The position numbers and the translations under genes were made by a program. Of a DNA stretch of 64,000 nucleotides, positions 35,331-45,330 are shown in pieces. How positions within the stretch are numbered: the stretch's first letter is position 1; each line of letters begins with the position of its first letter. Under the pieces are notes generated by a model. That model was not told where the DNA came from. It worked only from the letters and a program-made list of their open reading frames with translations, and ran no database searches. The stretch covers positions 46,590 through 110,589 of the forward strand of contig JAZDFV010000001.1 in NCBI GenBank assembly GCA_043807585.1, written 5' to 3'. The DNA is from Candidatus Jorgensenbacteria bacterium (GTDB taxonomy: Bacteria > Patescibacteriota > Minisyncoccia > UBA6257 > GWB1-50-10).

Positions 35331-35522
35331 ATAAAACCAATTGTCTTATGAGGGTTTTTGAAGTTGGAAGGGTGGGTAGTTTAGGATCTATTTTTTGATG
35401 TATTAAAACTATCCTATGGTTACGGTCGTCTCTGTAGGATAGTTCAAGTTTTACCCGCGTTAAAGAAAGAAACCACGGGTGTAAGCCCGTGGAATTTCAT
35501 TTACCCTGAGCTTGTCGAGGGG

Positions 35523-36566
35523 TTATTCTTCGTCCGCAGGCGAACTTGCTCCTATCACTATCTTCTTCTCCGCCGCTTCCATGGTTTTCTTTCTTAAGGT
35601 ATCCAAAAGTTTTTTATCCTCTTTCAATTTCAGGCGCACCGTGTCAAAGCCCACGCCCAGTTTTTCCTCGCCGAAGGAGTAGCTCGCGCCGGACTTGCTG
35701 ACCACGCCGTACTTTATGGCCGAGTTGAGCACGTCGCCCTCGTAGGAAATACCCTCGCCGTACATGATATCGAACTCCGCGATGCGGAATGGTGACGCTA
35801 CCTTATTTTTCACCACCTTCGCCTTCACGCGGTTTCCGACGATCTCCTCCCCCCTCTTTATCTGCGCCACGCGGCGGATATCAATGCGCACCGAGGCGTA
35901 GAACTTCAGAGCCATGCCGCCCGGCGTCGTCTCGGGGTTCCCGTACACGATGCCGATCTTCATGCGGGTCTGGTTGATGAAAATGACGATGGTGCCGGAT
36001 TTCGCGGCGATGGCGGTGAGTTTCCGGAGCGCCTGGGACATAAGGCGTGCCTGGAGCCCCATGTGCTGGGCTCCCATCTCGCCCTCGATTTCCGCGCGGG
36101 GTGTCAGGGCCGCGACCGAGTCAATCACCACCACCCCGATGATGCCCGAGCGCACCAAACTCTCCAAAATATTAAGCGCTTCCTCGCCGTTGTCGGGCTG
36201 GGAAATGATGAGGTCCTTCACGCGCACCCCTATCCTCCCCGCGTACTCGGGGTCCAGGGCATGCTCGGCGTCGATGAATGCCGCTTTCCCGCCATGCTTC
36301 TGCACCTCTGCGACTGCGTGGAGCGCGAGGGTGGTTTTGCCGCTCGATTCCGGGCCGAATATTTCAATAACGCGCCCTTTCGGGAATCCTCCTACCCCAA
36401 GCGCAAGGTCAAGCGAGAAGGAACCCGTAGGTATGGTTTCCACCTTTGCGCGGTGGGTGTCGCCCAACGTCATCACCGCGCCCTCGCCAAAGCGGGACTG
36501 GAGCGATTCCATGAGGGCTTCAAGTTCGCCCTCCGGTTTTTTCTCCGGTTTCTTTGCGGGGGCCAT
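35523..36566 (-). CDS. recA: recombinase RecA
   Basis: [12 protein letters not shown] Walker A, loop regions and a C-terminal acidic tail. Confidence 0.97.
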   Translation of the reverse strand: MAPAKKPEKKPEGELEALMESLQSRFGEGAVMTLGDTHRAKVETIPTGSFSLDLALGVGGFPKGRVIEIFGPESSGKTTLALHAVAEVQKHGGKAAFIDAEHALDPEYAGRIGVRVKDLIISQPDNGEEALNILESLVRSGIIGVVVIDSVAALTPRAEIEGEMGAQHMGLQARLMSQALRKLTAIAAKSGTIVIFINQTRMKIGIVYGNPETTPGGMALKFYASVRIDIRRVAQIKRGEEIVGNRVKAKVVKNKVASPFRIAEFDIMYGEGISYEGDVLNSAIKYGVVSKSGASYSFGEEKLGVGFDTVRLKLKEDKKLLDTLRKKTMEAAEKKIVIGASSPADEE

Positions 36567-36570
36567 TTTT

Positions 36571-37269
36571 TTATTCCGTAGATGTCGCGCTCGCCTGTCC
36601 GGTAGGCAGAGTACTCGTTGTCATCTGATAGAAAATTTGTTTCGTGAAGGTTTTTCCCGCGCCGAGGAGCCGTTTCACTCTGAACTCGAACGTGTTCCAA
36701 CCGTCTTTCAAGGTCACCAATTTTTCAAATGCGCCGTTGCTGTAAGGATAGAGCACTTCGCCGTTCAGCGTCAATTGATCGTTTTCGTTCACCGTGCCTT
36801 TGATGGTGAACGCGGATTCCTGCACCACCATGCCTTCGGTGATGTTCACCGAGAACTCATAGGAGTCCACAAAGGCGGGAATGCGAAAGAGAACGTACCC
36901 GAGGATGAGAACTCCGAGGAGCACCCAGAGAACCATCTTCCAGTTGAACCGCGGGATCGCGAAGCGGTTCGGGGGGAAAGTGTCACTTTCCCCCGCGCGG
37001 CGGACCGCGGCGCTCTCCGCGAGGTACCTGCGCCAGAGTTCTTCGCCGTCCAAGCCCAGCACCTCCGCGATTTTCACGAGGTAGCCGCGCATGTAGGGCG
37101 CCGCAGGGAGCTTGTGGTAGTGCTCTCCTACGAGGAGCTCCAAGAAGCGGTCCGAGATGCCCGTGAGCTGACTCAAGCGCTCCAAGGAAACACCCTTCAT
37201 ACGGAGGCCGTCCACGATTAGGTTCGCGAGGGCGCGCGTCTCCGGTGTGATTGGTTCACTCCGATTCAT
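36571..37269 (-). CDS. RodZ-like protein (N-terminal HTH, single TM, C-terminal DUF4115-like domain)
   Basis: HTH ([20 protein letters not shown]), TM ([17 protein letters not shown]) and a C-terminal beta-rich domain. Its start abuts the element end CTCTAACGGG. Confidence 0.7.
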   Translation of the reverse strand: MNRSEPITPETRALANLIVDGLRMKGVSLERLSQLTGISDRFLELLVGEHYHKLPAAPYMRGYLVKIAEVLGLDGEELWRRYLAESAAVRRAGESDTFPPNRFAIPRFNWKMVLWVLLGVLILGYVLFRIPAFVDSYEFSVNITEGMVVQESAFTIKGTVNENDQLTLNGEVLYPYSNGAFEKLVTLKDGWNTFEFRVKRLLGAGKTFTKQIFYQMTTSTLPTGQASATSTE

Positions 37270-37388
37270 CCCGTTAGAGGCAGGAAGCGCTGGCGCTTCC
37301 GTGCATGGAACACGAGACCTTTGATCCGGTTGATGCTGTGTGTTGCGGTTTTAGATTTCATTTCGCATTTTGATTGCCTCTAACGGGA
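37270..37388. mobile_element. MITE-like element, inverted-repeat termini CCCGTTAGAGGCA / TGCCTCTAACGGG
   Basis: Perfect termini. Internal palindrome AGGAAGCGCTGGCGCTTCC. The right end supplies the TAG stop of ftsK and the left end abuts the rodZ-like ATG. Confidence 0.6.
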
Positions 37389-39506
37389 CTCGTTTTCATT
37401 GAGGTAGACGTCCCGCGGCTTCGCTCCTTCGCCGGGACCTATCGCTCCCTGTTCTTCCATGATATCCAGGAGCCGCGCCGCGCGCGCGTAGCCGACCTTG
37501 AGGCGCCGCTGGAGAAGCGAGGCGGATGCTTTTTTCGCGCTCCGCACGAGTGCCACCGCCTCGGAGAGGAGCGGGTCTTCGTCACTTCCCTCCCCGCCCG
37601 CAACCGCTTCAAAGGGAGAGGTAGGTGCTTCTGCAGGTCCGACCTCCCCTGCCTGCACAGGCAGACCGTTCGCTGATGCGATTTCCACCGTTTCCTCCGG
37701 CGCCTCGTTGTGTTCGCAGATGAAATCCACCACTTTTTTCACCTCCTCCTCGGAAATGTAGCTCCCCTGAAGTCGAGTTGGTTTGGATTTTTCCGCGGAG
37801 ACGTAGAGGAGGTCGCCGCGGCCCAAGAGTTTCTCGGCGCCCCCGGTGTCCAGGATGGTACGCGAGTCCACTTGGCTCGCCACCTGGAGGGCGACGCGGG
37901 TGGTGATGTTCGCTTTGATGAGGCCGGTGATGACCTCCACCGAGGGCCGCTGCGTTGAAACTACCAAGTGAATGCCGGTGGCTCTGGACATCTGTGCCAG
38001 GCGGATGATGTACCCCTCCACCTCGCGCCCGAAGGTGGTCATGAGGTCGGCGAGTTCGTCAACCACCGTCACGATGTAGGGAATCGGTTCCGCGGCATTC
38101 TTGTTGTAACCCCTGATGTCGCGCGCCCCCGCCTTCAGAAGCAACCCGTAGCGGCGGTCCATCTCATGGATGAGCCACCGTAGCGCCCCCAGTGCCCTCT
38201 TGTTCTCCGTCACGACCGGCGCGATGAGATGCGGGATGCCGTCGTAGACCGAAAGCTCCACCCGTTTCGGGTCCACTAGGATGAGGCGGAGCATCTCGGG
38301 CGAATTTTTGTAGAGAAGCGAGATGAGGAGCGCGTGGATGGCGATGGATTTCCCCGAGCCGGTAGCGCCGGCGAAAAGGAGGTGCGGCATGCGATCGATG
38401 TTGGGGAAAATTGGTTCCCCCTGCACGTTCCGTCCCAGTGCGAAGGTGAGCGACTCCCCTTTCTGGAACTCGGGGTAGAGGAACAAACTCCCGAGGCGCA
38501 CCACGGCGGCCGCTTTGTTTGGAACCTCAATTCCCACGAGTGATTTCCCGGGGATTGGCGCTTCAATGCGGATTGGGTGGGCGGCGAGGGCGAGTGAGAG
38601 GTCGGACCCGAGCGCGGTAATTCGGGAAAGTTTCACCCCCTCCGCCGGTTTCAGGGTGAAGCGGGTGACCGTGGGGCCCACGTTCACCTCCCCCATCTCC
38701 ACGGGGATGCCGAAACTCTCCAAGGTGCGTTTGATGATGTTTGCGTTCGCCTGGAGGTCGCCGATGGTAGGTTTCTCCACCGAGGAGATGAGGAGCGAGA
38801 GGGGCGGCGCCACGTAGTTCCTGATTGGGCGTGTGCGTGCCTTCTGTGCTGGTGCCGTGGTAAACTCGGCGACCACTTCCATTGCGCGTTCTTTTTTCGC
38901 TTCCTCCCGTTTCTCCTTTGACGATCTTGACGATTCCCCTCCCGGTTCCGGGGGCAGTTTGATCTCCAGTTTCTCGCCCAGTTCCTCATCCATCTTGCGG
39001 AGCTTGCGCAGGCGTCCTAGCGAGAAGGGGCGGTTCACCGCCACAAGGAACGAAGCTACAAGAATGGTTCCAGTGATGACGAGCGAGGCGGGAATGCCGA
39101 ACGGATCCTGCAGACCACCAATGCCTACCCCCACCAAGCCGCCCTTCCCCGGTGCGACGATGTCAATGAAACCGAGGGCGGCGAGGATAAAGAGGGATGC
39201 CCCCACGAGCGTGATGCCCCAGAAGCGCCGTGGCTCCGGTGAGAGGAACGAGAGTCCCAGGATGAGCGCGGTGAGTGGAAGGAGGTAGTAACCCCACCCG
39301 AAAAGTTTCTCAAAAAAACGAAAGAACGCGCCGCCCCATGGACCTGCCTGCCCGACGGCGGCGAGGATGAATACTACAGTTAGGCTGAAGCACAAGAGTG
39401 CGGCTACGTGCCGTTTCGTATCCGGGTGGAGCTCAACGCGCGTCTCGCGCGTTTCCTCTTGCTCGTTCTCGTCTCTCCGCGGCCGCCCGCGTTTCCGTTT
39501 TGCCAT
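37380..39506 (-). CDS. ftsK: DNA translocase FtsK
   Basis: N-terminal TMs, linker, motor domain (GATGSGKS Walker A) and C-terminal gamma wHTH domain. Confidence 0.9.
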   Translation of the reverse strand: MAKRKRGRPRRDENEQEETRETRVELHPDTKRHVAALLCFSLTVVFILAAVGQAGPWGGAFFRFFEKLFGWGYYLLPLTALILGLSFLSPEPRRFWGITLVGASLFILAALGFIDIVAPGKGGLVGVGIGGLQDPFGIPASLVITGTILVASFLVAVNRPFSLGRLRKLRKMDEELGEKLEIKLPPEPGGESSRSSKEKREEAKKERAMEVVAEFTTAPAQKARTRPIRNYVAPPLSLLISSVEKPTIGDLQANANIIKRTLESFGIPVEMGEVNVGPTVTRFTLKPAEGVKLSRITALGSDLSLALAAHPIRIEAPIPGKSLVGIEVPNKAAAVVRLGSLFLYPEFQKGESLTFALGRNVQGEPIFPNIDRMPHLLFAGATGSGKSIAIHALLISLLYKNSPEMLRLILVDPKRVELSVYDGIPHLIAPVVTENKRALGALRWLIHEMDRRYGLLLKAGARDIRGYNKNAAEPIPYIVTVVDELADLMTTFGREVEGYIIRLAQMSRATGIHLVVSTQRPSVEVITGLIKANITTRVALQVASQVDSRTILDTGGAEKLLGRGDLLYVSAEKSKPTRLQGSYISEEEVKKVVDFICEHNEAPEETVEIASANGLPVQAGEVGPAEAPTSPFEAVAGGEGSDEDPLLSEAVALVRSAKKASASLLQRRLKVGYARAARLLDIMEEQGAIGPGEGAKPRDVYLNENESR

Positions 39507-39558
39507 CGTCCCTTTATTTAACGTGAAACTGCGCTAAAATTCAATTGAGAAAATTACA

Positions 39559-39587
39559 TTGACAGGAAAATAGTTTTCTTTTACAAT
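39559..39587 (+). promoter_or_regulatory. sigma70-type promoter TTGACA-17-TACAAT
   Basis: Hexamers and spacing read directly; sits 60 nt upstream of ATG 39649. Confidence 0.6.
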
Positions 39588-39648
39588 CGTATTCAGAATA
39601 GATTTTAACAAACGGCGGTTTTATCACTCACCATAACGGAGGTGGCTC

Positions 39649-40116
39649 ATGAAACAACTACAGTGGTGGTTTCTTTTCGCTTCGAAGCTTCTGGGAATCG
39701 TGGTGGCAGTGCTTCTGGTGTTCGCGGCGTTGCGGGCGATGGTGCGCGATCCAGATGGTGTGGCCTGTCTCCTGCTTGCTGTGGCAGCATCATTCTTCGC
39801 CTTTTGTTTTGCGAAGAATGAAGTGAGAGGGGTTTTCGGATTCTTCCCAATGTTAGTGGTGGCGTGGATGCTCGCCGCGGTGTGTTCGTGGCTCGGTTCT
39901 GAGGTTCTCAAGATATTCCTAGGAATCTCGACATTTTCCAATTTCAGCGTCTGCTTTGCGGCACTCGCGATGTGCATCTCCTTTGATGTGTTCCGTGGGG
40001 AACCAGAGGAGACGCAGAGCAAGGGATCTGGATGGTTTGGGAGTACGGGCATTGCCATAGGCGCGCAGATAGTCTCAGGTTGGGTCGCGGTGTTTTGGGT
40101 AGACGGCCTCTTCTGA
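39649..40116 (+). CDS. membrane protein (4 TM), hypothetical
   Basis: GGAGG RBS. Hydrophobic throughout. Confidence 0.5.
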   Translation: MKQLQWWFLFASKLLGIVVAVLLVFAALRAMVRDPDGVACLLLAVAASFFAFCFAKNEVRGVFGFFPMLVVAWMLAAVCSWLGSEVLKIFLGISTFSNFSVCFAALAMCISFDVFRGEPEETQSKGSGWFGSTGIAIGAQIVSGWVAVFWVDGLF

Positions 40117-40480
40117 AGCCATCCGCCGATGTTTAGAGAACGGCCTCCTCGGGATAACCTTGGGGGCTGTTGTTTTATCCGGAAGACCCGGAAAACCGGG
40201 AAAAACAGGAAAACCGGTTAAACTGATAAATCTGTTAAACTGATAAATCAGATAATGCGATGAAACCTACATGTGTAGGTTTAATGCGGTTATTGAGTAA
40301 TGCGATGAAACCTACACTTTTTAAAATTTGATGTAAATTTTGTTTATTTTCAAACACTTTGAAACAAAAAACGACCCTCATCTTACAATTCCGGCCAAAT
40401 TTTCTGACCTCGTTAATGAGATAATTTTAGTGAGTTGGGAGGGAAAAACACGATTTGGCAATTCCTGTATAATTCAAAAG

Positions 40481-40867
40481 ATGGGAACGAAGCGTTCCGT
40501 GCTCGGACAATTGGGAGAAGAGGCCGCGGCACGGTATCTGTCGCAAAAGAAATACCGTATCATTGTGCGGAATTTCAGGCGTTCCTTCGGGGAATTGGAC
40601 ATTGTGGCGATGGCGCCGGATAAGACCCTTGTGTTCGTGGAGGTGAAGACCACCACACCTGGGCGGTTTAAACCGGAAGATCAGATGACCAAAGCAAAGC
40701 TCACGAAATTCAAGCGAGCCGCATCGCTCTATGCGGGCGCGCATCAGAAACTCATCAAGGACAAGAAGGGCTGGCGGCTGGACCTCGTGGCACTCGTTTA
40801 TGAATCCGCTTGTGCGGGCAGGCCAGCCGGTTTCCGCGTCCGCCATTATGAAAATATATTCCTATAA
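40481..40867 (+). CDS. YraN/UPF0102-family predicted endonuclease
   Basis: GEEAAARYL ... GELDIVAM ... LVFVEVKT motif. Start trimmed to MGTKRS. Confidence 0.75.
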   Translation: MGTKRSVLGQLGEEAAARYLSQKKYRIIVRNFRRSFGELDIVAMAPDKTLVFVEVKTTTPGRFKPEDQMTKAKLTKFKRAASLYAGAHQKLIKDKKGWRLDLVALVYESACAGRPAGFRVRHYENIFL

Positions 40868-40920
40868 AGAAAATGTCCCCGTTTGTTTCGATCGATTAGT
40901 GATTAATTAATCGTGAATTC

Positions 40921-40961
40921 TCTTACTACACCAATTGACGGTCGGAAATTGGTGTAGTAAC
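40921..40961. repeat. 40-bp hairpin element TACTACACCAATT-gacggtcgga-AATTGGTGTAGTA; a second copy lies at 41643-41684
   Basis: Perfect 13-bp arms. Preceded by the palindrome CGATTAGTGATTAATTAATCG. Confidence 0.6.
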
Positions 40962-40996
40962 TTGAAATAGGGTTGGGAGACGGGTGAGGGAAAAAC

Positions 40997-41584
40997 ATGA
41001 GGCACGGAGAGGCAATTCCAAAAATTCTTGAGATCTTACAGGCAGGCGCAGAGGCGAGCGCCGGGCTCTTTGATGCGTTTACTTCCGGCTACGGGGCTTC
41101 GTATCGAAAATTTTCGCGCATGGCGCAGAGCGGCCCCGCGCGATTTAAAACGGATTGGGCAGAATCTTATCGTGAACACCAAAAATTCTATACACTCCTC
41201 AATAAATTAAAGCGCGATGGTTTGGTGGTGAACGAGGGAAAGCAGCGAGCGGCTATCTGGAAGATCACAGAGAGGGGAGTTGCAAAATTAAAACAAAGAA
41301 AGAAAAGGGTACATTTGATTTCTACTCCGCCCGTGTACGGAGGAGGGAAGGGAGAAAAGTTGTATGTTATTTCTTACGATATCCCCGAGCGGGAGCGGCA
41401 CAAACGTGCCTGGCTCCGCGCGGCGCTTCTCTCGCTCGGTTTTTCGCCGCTCCAAGAGAGCGTGTGGGTAGGGAAGCGACTGATTCCCGAGGATTTCATT
41501 CACGATCTCCGTGAATGGGATATAGTGCGCTACGTGCACATTTTTGAGGTGAGCAAGAGCGGAACCCTCACCCCGTTTAAATAA
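40997..41584 (+). CDS. wHTH domain fused to a Cas2-like C-terminal domain (PaaX-like/Cas2-like regulator or nuclease)
   Basis: The C-terminus (LYVISYDIPERERHKRAWLRAALLSLGFSPLQESVWVG) follows the Cas2 core pattern hhhVxYDI ... RR ... L ... G ... Q-SVF/W. The N-terminus is HTH-like. Confidence 0.45.
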   Translation: MRHGEAIPKILEILQAGAEASAGLFDAFTSGYGASYRKFSRMAQSGPARFKTDWAESYREHQKFYTLLNKLKRDGLVVNEGKQRAAIWKITERGVAKLKQRKKRVHLISTPPVYGGGKGEKLYVISYDIPERERHKRAWLRAALLSLGFSPLQESVWVGKRLIPEDFIHDLREWDIVRYVHIFEVSKSGTLTPFK

Positions 41585-41642
41585 ACTCTCCGCTTTTCTT
41601 TCCGCCATATTCTTTCTTTTCTCACAAATTGTCACAAAACGT

Positions 41643-41684
41643 TCTTACTACACCAACTAACGGTCGGAAATTGGTGCAGTAAGG
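41643..41684. repeat. second copy of the 40-bp hairpin element (TACTACACCAACT-aacggtcgga-AATTGGTGCAGTA)
   Basis: Near-identical to 40921-40961. Confidence 0.6.
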
Positions 41685-41847
41685 GGAAAAAGGGAATTAT
41701 TGTATCGAGCTTTAGGGTATAAAAAACGGCGGACCCTGAGCCCCGCCATTTTAATGAGAGAAAGCACCGCTCCATACGTTGTTAATGGATGCTGTTTCAT
41801 TACCCTTCGTTTTTGCCCGTTTTTCCAGTAACATAATCAATATTCAA

Positions 41848-43992
41848 ATGCTTGAGACGCGATACGATTCCAGGACGCTGGAAGCGAGGATCTATAAGTT
41901 GTGGGAGCAATCCGGTTATTTCAACCCGGATAACCTGCCTGTAAAAAAATCGGCCAAAAACTACATCGTTTACATGCCCCTCCCCAACGTGACGGGGTCG
42001 CTCCACATGGGGCATCTTTTGAACAATGCCATTCAGGACGTGCTTGTTCGTTACGAACGCATGCGCGGGAAGAGGGCGCTCTACCTCCCCGGCACGGACC
42101 ACGCAGGCATCGCGACGCAATATGTCGTCGAGAAAGAGCTCAAGAAGCAGGGGATAAATCGCTGGGAGCTCGGGCGTGAGAAATTCATAGAGAAAGTATG
42201 GGAGTGGAAAAAGCAGTACGGAGGTGTCATTTTCGACCAACTCAAGAAGATCGGTATCTCGGCGGATTGGTCGCGCGTCCGCTTTACCATGGACTCCGCA
42301 TATACCAAGGACGTTCTTGAGGCATTCGTCCATTACCACAAAAAGGGCTTGCTCTATCGCGGGTTCCGCACCGTGAACTGGTGCCCCAGGGACGGGACGA
42401 GTTTATCCGAACTCGAGCTTGAATATAAGGACGAGAAAACGTCGCTTTGGTTTATACGCTATAGCGGGCTCATTGTTGCGACGACGAGGCCGGAAACAAT
42501 GCTCGGGGATACCGCGGTCGCGGTGAACCCTCGGGACAAGCGCTATGCGAAATGGATCGGTGGGAAGGTGACACTCCCAATAGAGAACAGGGAGATACCG
42601 GTTATCGCCGACGATGCAATAGATCCCGAGTTCGGAACGGGCGCGGTGAAGGTGACGCCTGCGCACGACATCGCCGACTTCGAGATCGGTGTGCGCCACA
42701 AACTCCCTACGATACAGGTCATCGACGAACGCGGAAAGATGAATGCGCGAGCGGGGGAATATGCGGGTATGAAAGCGGAGGACGCGCGGGAAAAGATAGT
42801 TGAGAGGCTTGAGCGTGAAGGACTTTTGGAAAAAGCCGAGCCATACGAACACCGCGTCGCGGTTTGCTATCGGTGTGGTGCGACGATAGAACCGCTTCCG
42901 TCATCGCAGTGGTTTTTGAAGATGGAGGGCCTTGCAAAGGAGGCGCTCGGGGCGGTGAGGAGCGAGAAAGTGAAGATATGGCCGAAGAATTTTGAGCGTC
43001 CGTACCGCGATTGGCTCTCGAACATCCGCGACTGGACGGTATCGCGTCAGATATGGTGGGGGCACCAGTTACCTGTTTGGTTCTGTAAAAACCAAACAGG
43101 AATTTCTAGTGACAAATTTCTGATTTCTAAACCGAAAGAGGAGCAGTTCGTGGTCGCATTGGAGAAACCGAAAACGTGTCCGTTCTGTAGAAATTGCGAC
43201 ATGGAACAGTCGCCCGACGTATTGGACACGTGGTTCTCGTCCGCGCTCTGGCCGTTCGCGGGTTTCTCCGAAGACGATCTCAAAAAGTATTATCCAGGAA
43301 GCGCACTCATCACCGCGCGCGACATTCTGAATTTGTGGGTCGCGCGAATGATATTTTCCGGCCTTGAGTTCAGGAAGAAACTGCCGTTCGCTAACGTGTT
43401 CATACACGGGACCATTTTGACGAAAGATGGGAAGCGCATGTCCAAAAGCTTAGGCACGGGCATCGATCCGCTCCGTTGCATAGAGCGGTACGGGGCGGAT
43501 GCCGCGCGCTTCGCGGCGATCTGGCAGGCCACCGGGCAAGACATCCGTTGGGACGAGGCGGCGGCCGTCGCGGGCATGAAATTCTGCACCAAGATTTGGA
43601 ACGCGGCGCGGTTCGTCATCGCGCACGTGCCGGCGAAGGCGTTCGCGGCGAAGGCGCGCCCCCGCGGGATTACGGCGGCGGACAGAACGATCCTCAAGAA
43701 ACTTTCGGCGGCTACCTCGCAAACCGAAGGGCTCATTGGAACGTTCGCATTCAGCAAAGCGCTCCGCGGGCTCTATGATTTTTTCTGGCATGAGTTTTGC
43801 GATATATACGTGGAACGATCAAAAAAGCAGCTCGCCGACGGGAAGCTCAAGAAGAACACCGAGATTATGCTCGCGTACGTGCTTTTCTCGTCGCTGAAGC
43901 TGCTCCATCCGTTCCTGCCGTTCGTGACAGAAGCGCTCTATCAGGAACTCCCGCGGCGGGAGCGTGAATTCCTCATGATCGCGCCATGGTGA
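41848..43992 (+). CDS. valS: valyl-tRNA synthetase (short form, lacks the C-terminal coiled-coil)
   Basis: HMGHLLN (HIGH) and KMSKSLGTG (KMSKS) motifs plus editing domain. Start trimmed to MLETRYD. Confidence 0.95.
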   Translation: MLETRYDSRTLEARIYKLWEQSGYFNPDNLPVKKSAKNYIVYMPLPNVTGSLHMGHLLNNAIQDVLVRYERMRGKRALYLPGTDHAGIATQYVVEKELKKQGINRWELGREKFIEKVWEWKKQYGGVIFDQLKKIGISADWSRVRFTMDSAYTKDVLEAFVHYHKKGLLYRGFRTVNWCPRDGTSLSELELEYKDEKTSLWFIRYSGLIVATTRPETMLGDTAVAVNPRDKRYAKWIGGKVTLPIENREIPVIADDAIDPEFGTGAVKVTPAHDIADFEIGVRHKLPTIQVIDERGKMNARAGEYAGMKAEDAREKIVERLEREGLLEKAEPYEHRVAVCYRCGATIEPLPSSQWFLKMEGLAKEALGAVRSEKVKIWPKNFERPYRDWLSNIRDWTVSRQIWWGHQLPVWFCKNQTGISSDKFLISKPKEEQFVVALEKPKTCPFCRNCDMEQSPDVLDTWFSSALWPFAGFSEDDLKKYYPGSALITARDILNLWVARMIFSGLEFRKKLPFANVFIHGTILTKDGKRMSKSLGTGIDPLRCIERYGADAARFAAIWQATGQDIRWDEAAAVAGMKFCTKIWNAARFVIAHVPAKAFAAKARPRGITAADRTILKKLSAATSQTEGLIGTFAFSKALRGLYDFFWHEFCDIYVERSKKQLADGKLKKNTEIMLAYVLFSSLKLLHPFLPFVTEALYQELPRREREFLMIAPW
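43072..43135. repeat. palindrome CCTGTTTGGTT-ctgtaaa-AACCAAACAGG plus an AT-rich tract embedded in valS
   Basis: Perfect 11-bp arms overlapping the codons for QLPVWFCKNQTGISSDKFLISK. Confidence 0.65.
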
Positions 43993-44696
43993 CAAGTGTT
44001 CTAGCGGCTCTTATCGCTTTCGCGCCGGCCCTGGTCTGGCTCGCGTTCTTCCTCCGAGAGGACGTTCACCCGGAGCCGAAAAAGTGGCTCACCATCGCGT
44101 TTTTTGCGGGTGCGCTCGCTTCCGTCCCCGTCTTCTTCCTCCAGTGGGGCGCGCAGGAGGCGGTGGGAAAATGGGGAGGGGGAGCGCTTTTTCTTGTGCT
44201 GGCGTTCGCCCTCGCTGAGGAGATGTTCAAATTCCTCTCCGCGTACCTTGTGGTTCGGAAGAATCCGGTCTTCGACGAGCCGATAGATGCCATGATCTAC
44301 CTCGTGGTGGCGGCACTCGGGTTTGCCACGGTGGAGAACGTGTTCGTTATGAACGGCATGGCGAGCGTACGCGCGTCCTTCGGCGATTTCCTCGCGGCGG
44401 GGACCCCGCTCTACACGCTCTCGCTCCGCCTCGTGGGCGCCACGCTTCTCCACGCGCTCTCATCGGCGCTCGTGGGATACTACTGGGCGCGGGGGCTCGC
44501 GAAGGGTACCGCGGTTGGACGCTTTGTGGTGTTCGGCATCGTGGCGGCCACCTTGCTCCACGCGTTTTTCAACTACCTTGTCACGATGTTCCAGGAGGCC
44601 AATCTCATCTTCCCCACGCTCTTCCTCGTGGCGGTAGGGTTCTTTATCCTCGCCGATTTTGAGAAGGTGCGGATGCGTGGCGGACCGAGGGTGTGA
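43986..44696 (+). CDS. PrsW-family intramembrane protease
   Basis: EEMFKF (EExxK) and FATVEN motifs. Multiple TMs. Confidence 0.7.
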   Translation: MVTSVLAALIAFAPALVWLAFFLREDVHPEPKKWLTIAFFAGALASVPVFFLQWGAQEAVGKWGGGALFLVLAFALAEEMFKFLSAYLVVRKNPVFDEPIDAMIYLVVAALGFATVENVFVMNGMASVRASFGDFLAAGTPLYTLSLRLVGATLLHALSSALVGYYWARGLAKGTAVGRFVVFGIVAATLLHAFFNYLVTMFQEANLIFPTLFLVAVGFFILADFEKVRMRGGPRV

Positions 44697-44713
44697 TATA
44701 CTGTAGATATGGA

Positions 44714-44830
44714 TCCCGTTAGAGACAATTGAAATAACTACCATGCAATCCATTATTTATAAGAGTAAAATAACAACGGAGAAAAAGTCGCTTTTTTTAC
44801 GGTCGTCTATGACGACCTGTCTCTAACGGG
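44714..44830. mobile_element. MITE-like element, inverted-repeat termini TCCCGTTAGAGAC / GTCTCTAACGGGA, with the internal hairpin TTTACGGTCGtctatgaCGACCTG
   Basis: Perfect 13-bp termini. The right end directly abuts the hsp20 ATG. Confidence 0.65.
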
Positions 44831-45298
44831 ATGGAAGAAAAATCGAAGGATAACTCATCGGACGTGTTTGCGGAGCTCGCAAAGGTGAGGAGCTCCCCTA
44901 CGCCGCTTAAGATAGAGGTGGCGGATACTCCTCCTCCGCTCACGGAGGAGATAGAAGACGAAAGCGAGGGCCAGCTCACGGTGGACGTGTATCGCAACGG
45001 GAACGACACCATCGTGGTGCAGTCCACGGTCGCGGGGGTGAACCCCGAGGATTTGGAGATCAACATCACGAACGAATCAGTGACCATCCGAGGCGCCCGC
45101 GGGAGGACGGAAAAGGTGGAAGATAAGGACTACTTCTATCAGGAATGTTTCTGGGGCAAGTTCTCGCGGTCCGTCATTCTGCCCTTTGAAGTGGACCCGG
45201 AGAAATCAACCGCCACGGTCCGGAACGGCGTGCTCACTGTCCGCCTCCCGCGCCTGAACCGCCAAAAAGTAAAGAAATTGAAGGTCAAAACCGATTAG
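44831..45298 (+). CDS. Hsp20/alpha-crystallin family small heat-shock protein
   Basis: LTVDVYRNGNDTIVV ... GVLTVRLPR alpha-crystallin domain. Confidence 0.85.
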   Translation: MEEKSKDNSSDVFAELAKVRSSPTPLKIEVADTPPPLTEEIEDESEGQLTVDVYRNGNDTIVVQSTVAGVNPEDLEINITNESVTIRGARGRTEKVEDKDYFYQECFWGKFSRSVILPFEVDPEKSTATVRNGVLTVRLPRLNRQKVKKLKVKTD

Positions 45299-45330
45299 GC
45301 ACAGAGCGGAAAATGTAAGAACCCCTTCCG

